Shown piece by piece: positions 1 to 11,196 of a stretch of 64,000 nt of DNA. The DNA lies in the NCBI GenBank assembly GCA_965197925.1, contig CBDAOC010000001.1, forward strand, positions 24,724 to 88,723, written 5' to 3'. Origin of the DNA: Nitrososphaerales archaeon (lineage in GTDB: Archaea; Thermoproteota; Nitrososphaeria; Nitrososphaerales; UBA213). Numbering within the stretch: the first letter of the stretch is position 1; each line of letters begins with the position of its first letter. Under the pieces are notes generated by a model that had not been told where the DNA came from, ran no database searches, and worked only from the letters and a program-made list of their open reading frames with translations. Both the position numbers and the translations under genes were made by a program.

Positions 1-255
1 TGATTTGGGTTGAAAATTATGTTTTACAATGTTATGCTTGAATTGGAAATGGTAAGGAATAATTTGAAAAGGAATTTTGGATTATAATTGCTATAGCTAC
101 AAAATCTATGAGTTAATATTGTAAGTTTTGATACCTAATTTTCACGTTTCGGATAAAATTCCTTCGAGTCACGATTCGCACAGTTACAAAAACCAATAGA
201 AGAATATTACCAACGAAATAATATCAATTTGTCAATACAAACTAAAAGGAATGGA

Positions 256-687
256 CTAACAAATTTCGATCAGATTTTCATCCAACACTATTCTTAACTT
301 GTCACCCGATTTTATTTTGAAAATATCTACATCTGGTCTGTCCGCTAATGGTATATTAGCAATTGCACATCCCGAAGCTGTGGTAATGTCAGCTTTATTA
401 CATATCATAGCCCTTGGAGCAACATTATTCATCTTTAAAGCAAATACAGAGTATGCACCAACGCTACTGCCAATAGCATTGGGAAACACAAATACTTTGT
501 TAGTAACATTCTTCTTATGAAGTTCGTGCTTTACGTCTTTTATTATTCCGCTCTTGAGATCAATCATCGTAAGAAAATTAATTGTCTGTTTGCTTACCAA
601 CGCTTCACCTTCTTCAGAACCACCAACAATCTTTCGGCAACTCATACGCACTCTTGTCTCACTATCTCCTTCAAAGGCTTTAAACAT
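256..687 (-). CDS. Aconitase X swivel-domain protein (DUF126; phosphomevalonate dehydratase small subunit)
   Basis: Motifs GEALVS..INFL, FPNAIGSSVG and GCAIANIP. Overlaps the large-subunit gene; the true start is probably a few codons downstream. Confidence 0.85.
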   Translation of the reverse strand: MFKAFEGDSETRVRMSCRKIVGGSEEGEALVSKQTINFLTMIDLKSGIIKDVKHELHKKNVTNKVFVFPNAIGSSVGAYSVFALKMNNVAPRAMICNKADITTASGCAIANIPLADRPDVDIFKIKSGDKLRIVLDENLIEIC

Positions 688-1802
688 ACGTCAACCTTGT
701 TGAAATTGTTCAAATAATATGCGCCCTTGATGCTGTTAGTAATTACGCTATCAACTTCTTTCTGATCAACAAGTGGAGTTAAACATGTACAGCAGTCACA
801 TAGCAACTGGCCTCCAGCATTCTCAATCTTTTGTGTGTATCCAAGATCTCTTGCACTTTCGTAAGCTGCCCTTGCGCAAAATATCAAGCATCTCTTCTTG
901 AATTTCTTTTCTTCAACCAAATTGGCCAGTAGAGATAGGTCTTCTACACCTAACTGGGGGCTGCCCAGAGTGATAATATCTCCACTCTCTTTGGTACTTA
1001 GCTCATCCTGCACATTCTTGGATTCTTCCTTTCCAAACTCTATTTTCTCACCATCAGTATTTCCTATAGAGAACATCCCACAGGATCCAGAAGTTCCTAT
1101 TGCAGCTGAAAGTGATTTTGCATTTTGCTTCTCCAATTGTTTGATGCTATCAAAGGCGACTACATTGTTCGCTACCTTACCAGCAAAATATCCCAGTAAA
1201 CCATAATCCAATTCGTTGTCAAGCTGACTTTTGATTTTTATACACTTGTCAGGTTTTCTCATCTCTTCAATTCGTAATTCTGAATAAGGTGCTTTACCAG
1301 TAAGTGCACTTGCAAGTGCGCTCAATGAACTCTCCTTGTTTGTTCGTAAATGTAGGATAGAGTTTGCGTAAATTACCGCATTACTTTCAGCAAAACTTAC
1401 ATTTGTTGCTTCAGGAGGGATTTGAAAAACTTCGTATGGGATACAAGTGTATGAATTCATTCCACCCATGAGCCTATACGCATCTACAATTTTGTTCTGT
1501 TCTGTAATGAACTTAGTGTTCACTTTCAATGAACTTATTTTAAGTGGATCGAAGCCCATAGGGTTTATTGTTGTCTTCACAGTAAATTTACAATCTCTAC
1601 TTAGGTTTTCAAGAAACTGCACACCAGAATCTCCAATCGTGTTATAATTCACACCAGAGACATGAGCCCAATTTACTGGGACGAGTTTTTCAGCATCAGT
1701 AGATTCACCTATTGCCAATAGTATTCTGTAAGCAGTGGCTAGTGCATCACCTTTTTCGCCATTAAGCGCTTTTTCTTCCTCTCTTGTTAACTGGATGAAC
1801 AC
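642..1802 (-). CDS. Aconitase X catalytic subunit (DUF521; phosphomevalonate dehydratase large subunit)
   Basis: Motifs AHVSGVNYNTIGD, YTCIPY, FAESNA, GSPQ, CDCCTCLTP and TNSIKGAYY; paired with DUF126. Confidence 0.88.
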   Translation of the reverse strand: MFIQLTREEEKALNGEKGDALATAYRILLAIGESTDAEKLVPVNWAHVSGVNYNTIGDSGVQFLENLSRDCKFTVKTTINPMGFDPLKISSLKVNTKFITEQNKIVDAYRLMGGMNSYTCIPYEVFQIPPEATNVSFAESNAVIYANSILHLRTNKESSLSALASALTGKAPYSELRIEEMRKPDKCIKIKSQLDNELDYGLLGYFAGKVANNVVAFDSIKQLEKQNAKSLSAAIGTSGSCGMFSIGNTDGEKIEFGKEESKNVQDELSTKESGDIITLGSPQLGVEDLSLLANLVEEKKFKKRCLIFCARAAYESARDLGYTQKIENAGGQLLCDCCTCLTPLVDQKEVDSVITNSIKGAYYLNNFNKVDVCLKPLKEIVRQECV

Positions 1803-1871
1803 ACTAACTGCATTCGCAATAATAAACTATTTCATACAAAGAATAATAATGATAATAACACCTTCCTCAGC

Positions 1872-2534
1872 ATGGATATACAAAAGGTTCTTGATTCGAT
1901 GCTTGAATCAATACGCAGATTAAAACCCCCAAGAATGACAGCTCTTAAAGAATTGCAGGAGACTGAAAATGGAGATCCGCTGCGGATACTAATGGGTACA
2001 ATACTATCTGCAAGAACTAGAGACGAAAATTCAACAATAGCCGTGAAGAATTTGTTTGCAAAATACAAAACAGTGGAAGAGATTGCTAATGCATCTACTA
2101 AAAAAATTGAACATCTGATCAAACCCTCTGGTTTCTATCATGTCAAGGCTAGAAGGATAAAGGAAGTGGCAAAGATCCTAATAGAACAGTATGATGGAAA
2201 TGTGCCTAATAATGTCTCTGAATTGCTAAAATTACCAGGAGTAGGAAGAAAGACTGCAAACTGTGTTCTGGTTTATGCATTTAACCAACCAGCCATACCG
2301 GTTGATACCCATGTGCATAGAATTGCCAATAGACTAGGATTGGTGCAAACCAAAACACCAGAAGAGACAGAAATAGAACTCACAAGTAAATTGGACAAAA
2401 AATACTGGATAAGAATCAATGACACGTTTGTTATGTTTGGACAGAATGTTTGCAAGCCGATAGGTCCGTTATGCGGGTCATGCCTTCTAAAAAATCAATG
2501 TAGGTATTACATGGAATTTATGTCCTCTTCTTGA
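1872..2534 (+). CDS. nth: Endonuclease III
   Basis: HhH motif LPGVGRKTAN, VDTHVHRI, and Fe-S motif CKPIGPLCGSCLLKNQC. Confidence 0.95.
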   Translation: MDIQKVLDSMLESIRRLKPPRMTALKELQETENGDPLRILMGTILSARTRDENSTIAVKNLFAKYKTVEEIANASTKKIEHLIKPSGFYHVKARRIKEVAKILIEQYDGNVPNNVSELLKLPGVGRKTANCVLVYAFNQPAIPVDTHVHRIANRLGLVQTKTPEETEIELTSKLDKKYWIRINDTFVMFGQNVCKPIGPLCGSCLLKNQCRYYMEFMSSS

Positions 2535-3192
2535 TAATCAGTAAAGTTAGGATTATGCCGGCAGTTACGACAGCCACTATAGGAGGAATCATCAGTATTG
2601 GGTTATCTAGGGGATTGCCTGACAAAACAGATAAAACTAATTCGCCCCCAAATGCGCTTACATCAGCATCAGAATCTTCTCTTCCATATAGCTCAACTGT
2701 ATCAAGAGTGAATGGACCTATTCGCAATCGATCCAAAACAATTCTCTGACCATTGTTTACGCTTAGCCTTTCATTCTGTACAAATGATGCAGATATTGAT
2801 TTGTCAGCGAACCACGCATGTGTATTTTCATACAGGCGCATGTAACCAACCTCTTCATTTGCAACAGCAATCCAGAGCCCATTAGAGGGGGGTGTGAGCA
2901 TCGCTATTTCTACAAAATTTGTATCTTCTGGATTTTCTTTTAGTCGTAGAACAATTTTCGCTTCTGGATTTTTTTCGTTATACTCCAAATTGTTTTGTAT
3001 ATTCAGTATCCAGTTAGCTAAGTGGTTGGTGGGAAATTCATAACGTTCAGGAGACAAAAACACCGCATTTGCTGCAGTGTATGGTATGGTAATAGTTTCA
3101 TATTTTCTCTTTTCTTGTTCTTGCGCATAAACCATATTTGTGATCATGGGTGACAATAAGATAATTATGATTACAAGAGCTAAGTTCTTCAT
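2518..3192 (-). CDS. Hypothetical exported, membrane-anchored protein
   Basis: N-terminal signal peptide and C-terminal TM helix followed by KKRT. Confidence 0.7.
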   Translation of the reverse strand: MKNLALVIIIILLSPMITNMVYAQEQEKRKYETITIPYTAANAVFLSPERYEFPTNHLANWILNIQNNLEYNEKNPEAKIVLRLKENPEDTNFVEIAMLTPPSNGLWIAVANEEVGYMRLYENTHAWFADKSISASFVQNERLSVNNGQRIVLDRLRIGPFTLDTVELYGREDSDADVSAFGGELVLSVLSGNPLDNPILMIPPIVAVVTAGIILTLLIIKKRT

Positions 3193-3223
3193 TTAATTAG
3201 CACCCAATATCATCAATAAAAAC

Positions 3224-5137
3224 CTAAGTTACAAATGGATTTTTCCAGTTCAATATCAATTCAGTAATCTCAGGTCGCATCAAGAGTTCAGATGGTCCTT
3301 CTCTACTGGTGACTATCTCTTTCAACTTCGTTCCACTCACCTCCAATCTATGCTGCGGATCATGTGGACAAGTATTTTCGCTAACAGTGCTCATACATAT
3401 CTTGCAATAAAAGAATGCTGGGAAGAAAACAGGTTTTATTTCAAGCTCTGGATAGTCCTTGAAAATCTCATGTGCTGCAAATGGATGGTAGTAGTTTCCA
3501 ACACCAGCATGGTCTCTACCTACAATGAAGTGAGAGCAACCATAGTTCTTGCAAACTATCGCTTGCAGAATGGCTTCCTTTGGGCCAGCATATCGTATTT
3601 CTGAGTGTAGTGTCGCAAACATCAAGCTTTCCTGTGGATAATAATTGCCTATCAGTGTTTCATATGCCTTTATTATCACTTCATCTTTGAAATCTCCGTC
3701 ATTCTTTCTTCCTATCAGTGGATTGATAAATAAACCATCGAATAGGTTTAGTGCAGCCTTCTGCAACATTTCATGTGCAAGGTGTGGTATGTTTCTTGTT
3801 TGAAAACCAACAACTGTTCTCCATCCACGTTTTCTAAATTCATCCCTTGTGTGTACTGGTGAAAATCTGTGGTTCCTAAGTTCACTGTTGATTGGCCTAT
3901 CTATTAAATCGATTTTGCCTCCGATTAACGTATCCTGCATTTTCATTATCCTATTGACGCCTGGATGTCCGATGTCATCTGTCTGACAAATTGCTTTGAC
4001 CATCTCCAGCTTGTTAAAATTGAAGAGTTCTTCAACATGCAATATTGCAAATATTCTGTCGAGTTCATCTCTTATAGCAACATCACCAGATTCCTTCATT
4101 TGTTTAGCAGTTTGCTCATCAGTGTCAAATACAATTGGAATAGTCCATGCTAGTCCATTTTCAAGCCTCCCTCGCTTTAGAACATTTGTAAAATCGTGAG
4201 CCAGCATGAATCCTTCTAACGGGCTAAAAATCCCATCCGCTATATTCTCTATATCGCTAACTCTATCCTCACCTACTCTTATGCTCATCAACTCATTTGC
4301 ATCATTGTATGCCTTTTCTCGAGAGTTTCCAGATAGAACTCTATTTACCAGCAGACCTCCATGAGGGGAAGGAATACCACTGCTCTCACTCAAAACAAAC
4401 AACTTTTTCTTAGCATGGGTGAAGTGCATTCCACATTCCTTATCGGCGTGTTGCTCCCACCACCATCTTCCTGCTCGCAGATCCTCTCCAGGTTTTACAG
4501 CCCTTGTACAACATTCACATCCTATACTCGGATATCCTTTGTCATTCAACTTATTATAAGGTACATTATTTTCCCTTAAGTAGTCCCACACCATATCCCA
4601 GGTCCAATCAGCAATTGGATTTACTTTTATGATGTTGCCTTGGCCTGAATCTATCTCAACTTTCTGGATGTCAGCTCTGGTTGATACTTGTTCTCTCATT
4701 AAACCAGTTAACCATGCATCCAGCTTGCTTAGGGCTCTGTTCAATGGATGGACTTTCCTAATTTCACAACACAATTTTCTGTTCTCAATGCTACGATAAA
4801 AGAGGTTTAGACCACGTGTCCTAACCATATTTTCAACCTCTTCTTGATCTGGAAAATAGATATTGATTGTGATACCGTATTTGTCACGTAGGGAATCCAT
4901 CAAATCGTATGTCTCTTGATTTAGTCGCCCAGTGTCTAAAGTAAAGATACCCGCATCTTTTCTTAACTTGGCTAGCATATCTATAATTACGAGATCACCT
5001 GGATTGAAACTGGAAGCCAATGCAATTCTTGGATGAAAGGTATCCAAAGCCCACTTTAGAACCTCTTGTGCGCTCTTGTTTTCCATACCATTAGAAATTT
5101 CCTGTACTTCTTCGGTGCTCATCTTAAGCATGCTCAT
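3224..5137 (-). CDS. cysH-sat: Fused APS/PAPS reductase (CysH) plus sulfate adenylyltransferase (Sat)
   Basis: N-half has LDTGRL, CCEIRKVHPL, GYPSIGCECCT and RAGRWWWE..KECGMH. C-half has PHGG, FSPLEGFM, QTRNIPHLAHE and HFIVGRDHAG. One open frame. Confidence 0.9.
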   Translation of the reverse strand: MSMLKMSTEEVQEISNGMENKSAQEVLKWALDTFHPRIALASSFNPGDLVIIDMLAKLRKDAGIFTLDTGRLNQETYDLMDSLRDKYGITINIYFPDQEEVENMVRTRGLNLFYRSIENRKLCCEIRKVHPLNRALSKLDAWLTGLMREQVSTRADIQKVEIDSGQGNIIKVNPIADWTWDMVWDYLRENNVPYNKLNDKGYPSIGCECCTRAVKPGEDLRAGRWWWEQHADKECGMHFTHAKKKLFVLSESSGIPSPHGGLLVNRVLSGNSREKAYNDANELMSIRVGEDRVSDIENIADGIFSPLEGFMLAHDFTNVLKRGRLENGLAWTIPIVFDTDEQTAKQMKESGDVAIRDELDRIFAILHVEELFNFNKLEMVKAICQTDDIGHPGVNRIMKMQDTLIGGKIDLIDRPINSELRNHRFSPVHTRDEFRKRGWRTVVGFQTRNIPHLAHEMLQKAALNLFDGLFINPLIGRKNDGDFKDEVIIKAYETLIGNYYPQESLMFATLHSEIRYAGPKEAILQAIVCKNYGCSHFIVGRDHAGVGNYYHPFAAHEIFKDYPELEIKPVFFPAFFYCKICMSTVSENTCPHDPQHRLEVSGTKLKEIVTSREGPSELLMRPEITELILNWKNPFVT

Positions 5138-5516
5138 TTCACATCCAGCCGGTCATCAACAATTTTGATAGAACTCTTCTTTCTGGCAGGTCAAACACTG
5201 CCATTGGATCCACGATAGTATTACTATAATAATCTCTACTGACCTTGTGGTCATATTGAAATACAACACTGTTGTAGTTATTTAAATCTTGCAGCCTTAT
5301 AGTTTTTTAATATTGTTTTTTATCCAATCTTTGTTAACCGAAGGGGATTGATTTATCTTAATCTATAAAACAATTATACTAATTTGAAGAGCCATAGGCA
5401 ACTACATTAGTAGATGTGATGTATGATCAGACTGATATGAAAAGTTTGATCATTATTGTTGAATGCAGTGCATGGATGTTGTAAGGTTTAAATAAGCTCC
5501 GCTATCCCAATCTGCG

Positions 5517-5846
5517 ATGGATATTGCAACCACGGTGAGAAATGTTCATGAAATAATCAAGGAAGATATTAGTGGAACATTTGATTCTTCTCTAGTCTTT
5601 AGAAAAGCTAAAGAAAGAGGGAATACGGAATTGACAGAATCGTTAACTCTACAATCTCTAGAATTTCTCCGGAAGATGCGTATAATCGAAGGAACCTCTG
5701 ATTCAGGAAAAGAGTTTAAAATTACTGACGTGGGACTTAATGTTCCATTAGAGCTCGTAGAAAAAAAATCTAAAGCTCTATATGGAAAGAAATATGTGCC
5801 AGGACAGCAGAGTTATACGCTCATAAGTTGCGGGTATTTCTTCTAA
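5517..5846 (+). CDS. Hypothetical protein, possible winged-helix fold
   Basis: 109-aa ORF preceded by TATA-like TTTAAATA; pattern LEFLRKMRIIE...FKITDVG. Confidence 0.5.
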   Translation: MDIATTVRNVHEIIKEDISGTFDSSLVFRKAKERGNTELTESLTLQSLEFLRKMRIIEGTSDSGKEFKITDVGLNVPLELVEKKSKALYGKKYVPGQQSYTLISCGYFF

Positions 5847-5852
5847 ATAGAT

Positions 5853-6937
5853 GAAGCATGGGCATTATTCCATATAACAAAAATAACTTGATGCCTCTGA
5901 TTGATTAACTTCCCAACATGTGCTTCAATGCCCTTAATGGTCTTCCTGTCAAGTAGTTGTAGTATACCATCAGCTGGTATAGCAATATAGAAATCAGAAC
6001 GATGCTCCTAGCTTTATCAAATCCTCTAACTGGCAATGGATCTATGGTAAATACATCCTTCATATGCTCTATCAATGGCTCAACGCTTATGCTCCTCCGA
6101 GAATATACATGCTGTCCAAATTCAGATTGATAGAACTGCAGCAATGCCAGTCTATTATCTGTAGTATGCCTATACCTTTCCAATGGGAATACTGGATGCC
6201 CTCTATACCTGCTGAAATCACATAACTTGTGATCATCATATCCTTCATCTCCTACAACATACCTCACCATTCCTAAAGGCAATGAAGATGTTATGCTTTC
6301 ATACATCTTGTTATCAGTAATGTTAGCTGTTGTGAAATCAGCTGATAATGGAACTATCAATGAACCTGTACTAGATGCTAGATGCAGTTTGTATCCGAAT
6401 ACCCGTCCCTTAGTTCTGCTGTAGCCCCATCGAGCATCTGTATCTATACCTGAACGTGGTACTTCATTCTTCATGTTTGATCTATGCCATACATGTCCCT
6501 TTGCTTTCAACAATGAACTGTCAACGGATACTATGGATGAGTCTACCAACCCATCTTTTATGAAGAGCACACCCATAACATCTATCCTTGATCTTATGTC
6601 AATTGATACGGCCTTGACCTTCTGTCGAATGTTCTTCTGTCTGGCAACCTATCAAGACCACATGCCTTCATTACCTTCCTGTTGTATGGCATGTCTATCA
6701 AAAAGTTTCATGCAAAGCATTGTTGCTTGGTATTCTTATCCATACTCTAACGATGAAGCATCTCACCATAACTGTAGGAGAATAGTAGAATGGTCTACTT
6801 TTCCTATTAGGTTTTGTCCGAATCACGTCAATCAAAAATAATATACGAAGAAGTATCGAGTCTGAGCTAAACACATTACCAATGAAAAATGGAACCTGAT
6901 CTTATCGTTTCGACCGGCTTAATTATGCCCAAGCCTC
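5853..6937 (-). mobile_element. IS type A copy 1 (DDE transposase, IS5/IS982-like; degenerate and chimeric)
   Basis: IRs GAAGCATGGGCATTATT and AATTATGCCCAAGCCTC; transposase fragment 5905-6576 with DTDARWG, GYKLH and GDEGYD. Confidence 0.9.
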
Positions 6938-6999
6938 AGGTAATTACTAATTATGATTCGTTGGATAATGCTTATGATCAATACGGGCGTTATTACGTT

Positions 7000-8085
7000 G
7001 TGACTCTGAAAGGGAAGAGGAACCATTACAACATCAAATTACTGAAAGGTTATGGAGTAAGCATAAGATTGAAAGAACATAGAGTAGTTTTGAATGATGG
7101 TAAAAATCCTTTCACAGAAGAACAGGAAAGAGAAGAATGGTTCGTTACAAAGCTTCCATACGAGAAGATAGTAATCTCAGGTAAGGGTTATGTTTCTACT
7201 GAGGCTATTAAATTATTAGCTAAGAAAAACATCAACGTTATTTTGACGGATACTTATGGAAATTTAATCTCAAATATGAATAATGTGATGTCAAGTAATA
7301 CTGCGACTAACTATAGGATAGGCCAGTATGATACATTTAGAGATCCTGATAAAAGATTGTATTTGCAAAAGCAACTTCTCTCTGCAAAGTTGCATAGTCA
7401 GATCGGATTTTTTAAATCGTTAGACAAAGAAGAACTTGAAAAAGCTATAGAACAATTAATAGATTATAAAGAATCAATTAATAGCTACAAAGATAGACGA
7501 AAGTTTCTTAGTATAGAATCAAGGTTTGGACACCTCTATTTTCGTAATTACTCCAAGTTGTTTCATTCCAAGTATGGATTCGATTCAAGGCACGGTGGGG
7601 GGTTGGTTATGTCTAATAGGTATGCATCAGATGTGATTAACGCACTTCTCAATTATGGGTACTCAGTATTAGCTGGAGAAATTGCCAAGTTTGTGAATGG
7701 TTTAGGATTAGACCCTTACTTTGGGTTTTATCATAAGATGCATACTTCCTTTCAAGCGTTGGTTTATGATTTGATTGAACCTTACCGTTGGATGGTGGAA
7801 TATTCTGTTTACAAGATGGCTGCTCCTACAAATCATGAACATCGCATAAAGAAAAGGGAATATGCATGGACTAGGGAAGGTAAGATAATTCTTGATACGA
7901 ATTTGATTAGAGGATTTTTGGAGTTGTTATCTCGGAAGTTAGATTCAGAGAGACCCTATTTATCAAAACATGGATTGAGGAGAGACGATGGTCTAGCAAT
8001 GTGTCAAGAGATTACTATTGCCAAGATTAACATACAGAATTTGGCTGAGTATTGTGTGGGGAAAAGAAATTACATTAATTTCTGA
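7000..8085 (+). CDS. cas1: Solo Cas1, casposase-like (thaumarchaeal type)
   Basis: GTG start at 7000; the longer ORF start at 6889 lies inside the IS. Cas1 motifs INALLNYGY, GLDPYFGFYH, LVYDLIEPYR and catalytic Glu in SIESR. No other cas gene nearby. Confidence 0.9.
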   Translation: MTLKGKRNHYNIKLLKGYGVSIRLKEHRVVLNDGKNPFTEEQEREEWFVTKLPYEKIVISGKGYVSTEAIKLLAKKNINVILTDTYGNLISNMNNVMSSNTATNYRIGQYDTFRDPDKRLYLQKQLLSAKLHSQIGFFKSLDKEELEKAIEQLIDYKESINSYKDRRKFLSIESRFGHLYFRNYSKLFHSKYGFDSRHGGGLVMSNRYASDVINALLNYGYSVLAGEIAKFVNGLGLDPYFGFYHKMHTSFQALVYDLIEPYRWMVEYSVYKMAAPTNHEHRIKKREYAWTREGKIILDTNLIRGFLELLSRKLDSERPYLSKHGLRRDDGLAMCQEITIAKINIQNLAEYCVGKRNYINF

Positions 8086-8512
8086 TAAGCATTAAGTGTC
8101 TTCTCTCATGCAATTGCAATATTTTATCTAACAACATACATCGCTAGGATTAATTAGGCATAGAATGTGACTGGTTCAAAGATGAGGGCAGAATACATTC
8201 AGAGTCTCTGGAATTTTTCCTAGATTCCTAGATTAGATTGAATAATTGAATCTAGTATGTTATAATAAATTGTTGTTCTATAATCAAGTCTTGAGGCATA
8301 TATGTGGATAGATCGTACACCTTTTGCAATTGCAACGGCAGTATAAATAGAATTGACATTTCGCACCCAAGATGTCCGTGTCGGAAATACAAGTAAATTC
8401 CGTGAGTGAACTATGAAATTCATCCTTACTCTACTCTTAGATACAATATTCCTTAACCAAGTCATTATAATATTATCGGTTAGCTAAGAATTGAAGGTTC
8501 TTTTTCTACTAT

Positions 8513-9393
8513 GAAGTCATCCCAATACTCTCCAATACATCATAATCGACGAAATGATAACAAATGCCAGATAGTTTTGTGCATTCTTCTCATATCTGAT
8601 CCTGGTTCTGTGGAACCCATTCTTCAACCAGGCAAAGAATCTCTCCACAACATAGCGCGTCTTGCCGTATAGGTATTGTTCTGTATCATCATTTTGTTGT
8701 TGTGTCTTACTGTTTTTTCTGTAAGGTATGCAGTCAGAGATTTTTCTTTTGGTGAGGTATTTCCTGATGAATTCTGCATCATAGCCCTTGTCTGCTTGGC
8801 ACCGCGCAATTTTTCTGATAGATCTCTCATCCAGATATTGTGAGATGCCATCCATCACGTCTACAAATCTTGCAGAGTCATGCTGATTTGCAGGACATTA
8901 CTACTGAGACTGGCAGTCCGTTTTGTTCCACCGCAACGTGTATTTTTGTGCCTGAAATCCTGTTGAATCCGTTGTATCCTATGACGCTTCCCCTTTTTTG
9001 GCCGGAACTGATGACGAATCGACTGATATTTTTTGCAGCTGCATCTTGCCTGATCTGTGGGCTGATTTGACTGCAGCGGAGAGGATATTCTTCCATATTC
9101 CACGTCGCTGCCAGTTCTGCAGTCTGCGGTGCGCAGTTGATTTGGAGCCGTACCTTTGTGACATCCCAGTCCACCTGCATCCTGTTATCCCGACAAACAG
9201 GATTCCGTTGACTGTCTTTCTGTCGTCTGCCCTTGGCCTTCCGGTTCTGGCTGGCTTGGGGAGATGCGGTGATATCATCTTCCATTGTTCATCTGTTATC
9301 TCCTGAAATTTCATGATCTGCTACGGGCAGCATTGCAAATAGATCCAAATGATCGTCAATTATTCACTAAATGATCAGTTTTGGGATCAGTTG
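8513..9393 (-). mobile_element. IS5-family element (two-ORF, frameshift type; damaged)
   Basis: ORFs 8979-9314 (GRPR, TGCRW, KKG slip site) and 8517-8858 (ADKGYD, RYVVERFFAWL); imperfect IRs related to IS type B. Confidence 0.88.
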
Positions 9394-9623
9394 AATCTAA
9401 AAAAGGTATATTTTAGAGGTTTCTCTTCCCCGTAGTTGAGCCTATACTCCATCATTTTTGTTTATCTAGTTTATTCCATTTCTTATTTTTTCAGTTCATC
9501 TTCACTATTTTTAGGGGAAACTTAAACAGCATAAACGGAACAACCTAGTAAGTTTTTGCATCATCTTCAAATTCAATATTCAAACTCAAGGAACAAAGGA
9601 TAATAATATCAATTGCGCATCTA

Positions 9624-10247
9624 GTGGTATTGAGATTCGGTAATAAACCCCAATGGATAATGATTCTTATTTCAGCTGCTTTCATGGGAGTGGGTTTGAC
9701 TATAATCTTATTTTCTAGCCAGAATCTTTCTAGTGGTCCATTAACGAGTCCCGTACCCTCTCCGGGATATGAGAGGAATCTATCATATACAGAAGTAGGA
9801 TTTCTTGGTAGGTTAATGTTCGCCATGGGGGTTTTACTGGCATTCATAAGTATAGGAATAAGAAAATGGTCTAGATACCAAGTTAGAGAAAAAAATATAG
9901 ACGGTGTAAAGGCCGTTGGTATATCCGTTGCAACTACGAACTACGATAAGGACAGAGGTGTAATACATAAAGTGATGCAAAGCGCAGAACTTGTAGCAAA
10001 CGCGAAAAACGAATTCGCTATGGATGAGCCAGAGTACAGGATGGGTTGGTATTTCTTCGTTTTACACGTAACTCCAAACATTATGGGAAGAGTTATTGAA
10101 CAAATAAGCACAAGACAAACAATGCAGAATATAAAGTTAGAAGATAGGTTTATCAAATGGCTTTCAAGTCAATTAGAAGAAAAAAAATGCGATGTATATC
10201 TTGATCTGGAATCACGGAAGGGTTCATCAAAGTATGGTCTCTTTTAG
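9624..10247 (+). CDS. Hypothetical membrane protein with two TM helices
   Basis: 207-aa ORF with two hydrophobic segments. Confidence 0.65.
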   Translation: MVLRFGNKPQWIMILISAAFMGVGLTIILFSSQNLSSGPLTSPVPSPGYERNLSYTEVGFLGRLMFAMGVLLAFISIGIRKWSRYQVREKNIDGVKAVGISVATTNYDKDRGVIHKVMQSAELVANAKNEFAMDEPEYRMGWYFFVLHVTPNIMGRVIEQISTRQTMQNIKLEDRFIKWLSSQLEEKKCDVYLDLESRKGSSKYGLF

Positions 10248-11196
10248 AGCACTTAACAATACCAAAATTTACTAAAATGTTTAGATGAATTATACGATGC
10301 GATTTTTTGAGTGTTTACTTTTCCTGCCTTATGCTTAGTGAGTTTTTGAATCCTCCCCGAACTCAAGAAATAGAAATGATAACATCACCTGTGTATGTAT
10401 TCATATCGAAATTTGCTATCAAACCTAGATGTCTAATGGTACTTACCACAATCAAGTGGAATTCTGGTTAAATGTCACAATTTCCTATCTTCCTTCTTCC
10501 AATGTTCACAGTATTATCATTTGTCTAGACTAAAATCTTACCATCACAGGCAGAAACAGAATTTTCAAAGTATTATAGGTCTATCCTTGATTTAAGAACT
10601 CTTCTAAGGTCTACCTTTTGATTTCTTAGAATATTCACAATAACCGCCATCCAAACTATACACATTTTAAGCCCTGATTACTAAATTGTTCCGCAGTCTC
10701 TAAACTATAATTTCTGTGATAACAGTATATCAAAGGGCTCTTCAACATATGTTTTTTTTGGAATTCCTCCAATGATATCTTGAGTTAAATGTATCGAATC
10801 AGGGATGTAAGAAGCCAGATACGATTTCTTATCCCGATATCAGCAATTGTAACCTTACCGCTCCCTAATTTTTTGCTTCCAAGACAGAGATATGTTTGAA
10901 GGTCGCTTTTTCACTTTTCACTATAATTCAGTCATCATGGATTCCAAATTAAGTTTACGAGTGCATCTATATCAAAGAGTTGCAGGCATTATCTTTTGTT
11001 AAGATCAAGCTTATTCCAACGAATCATAATGTGAAATATAATCTAAAAAACGATACAAAAACACTCCTAGGAAGGCAGGATTCTCTTTTTACTGATAAAG
11101 AATAGTAACAAGTCTGACATGAATTATTAGGAAAATTATAACAAATATTGAAAGTAGAAAAACAATATATGTAATACAATATTTATTTTAATTACG

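Noticed and set aside
6889..6999. N-terminal extension of Cas1
   Set aside because: It begins inside the IS end; GTG 7000 gives the family-like start.
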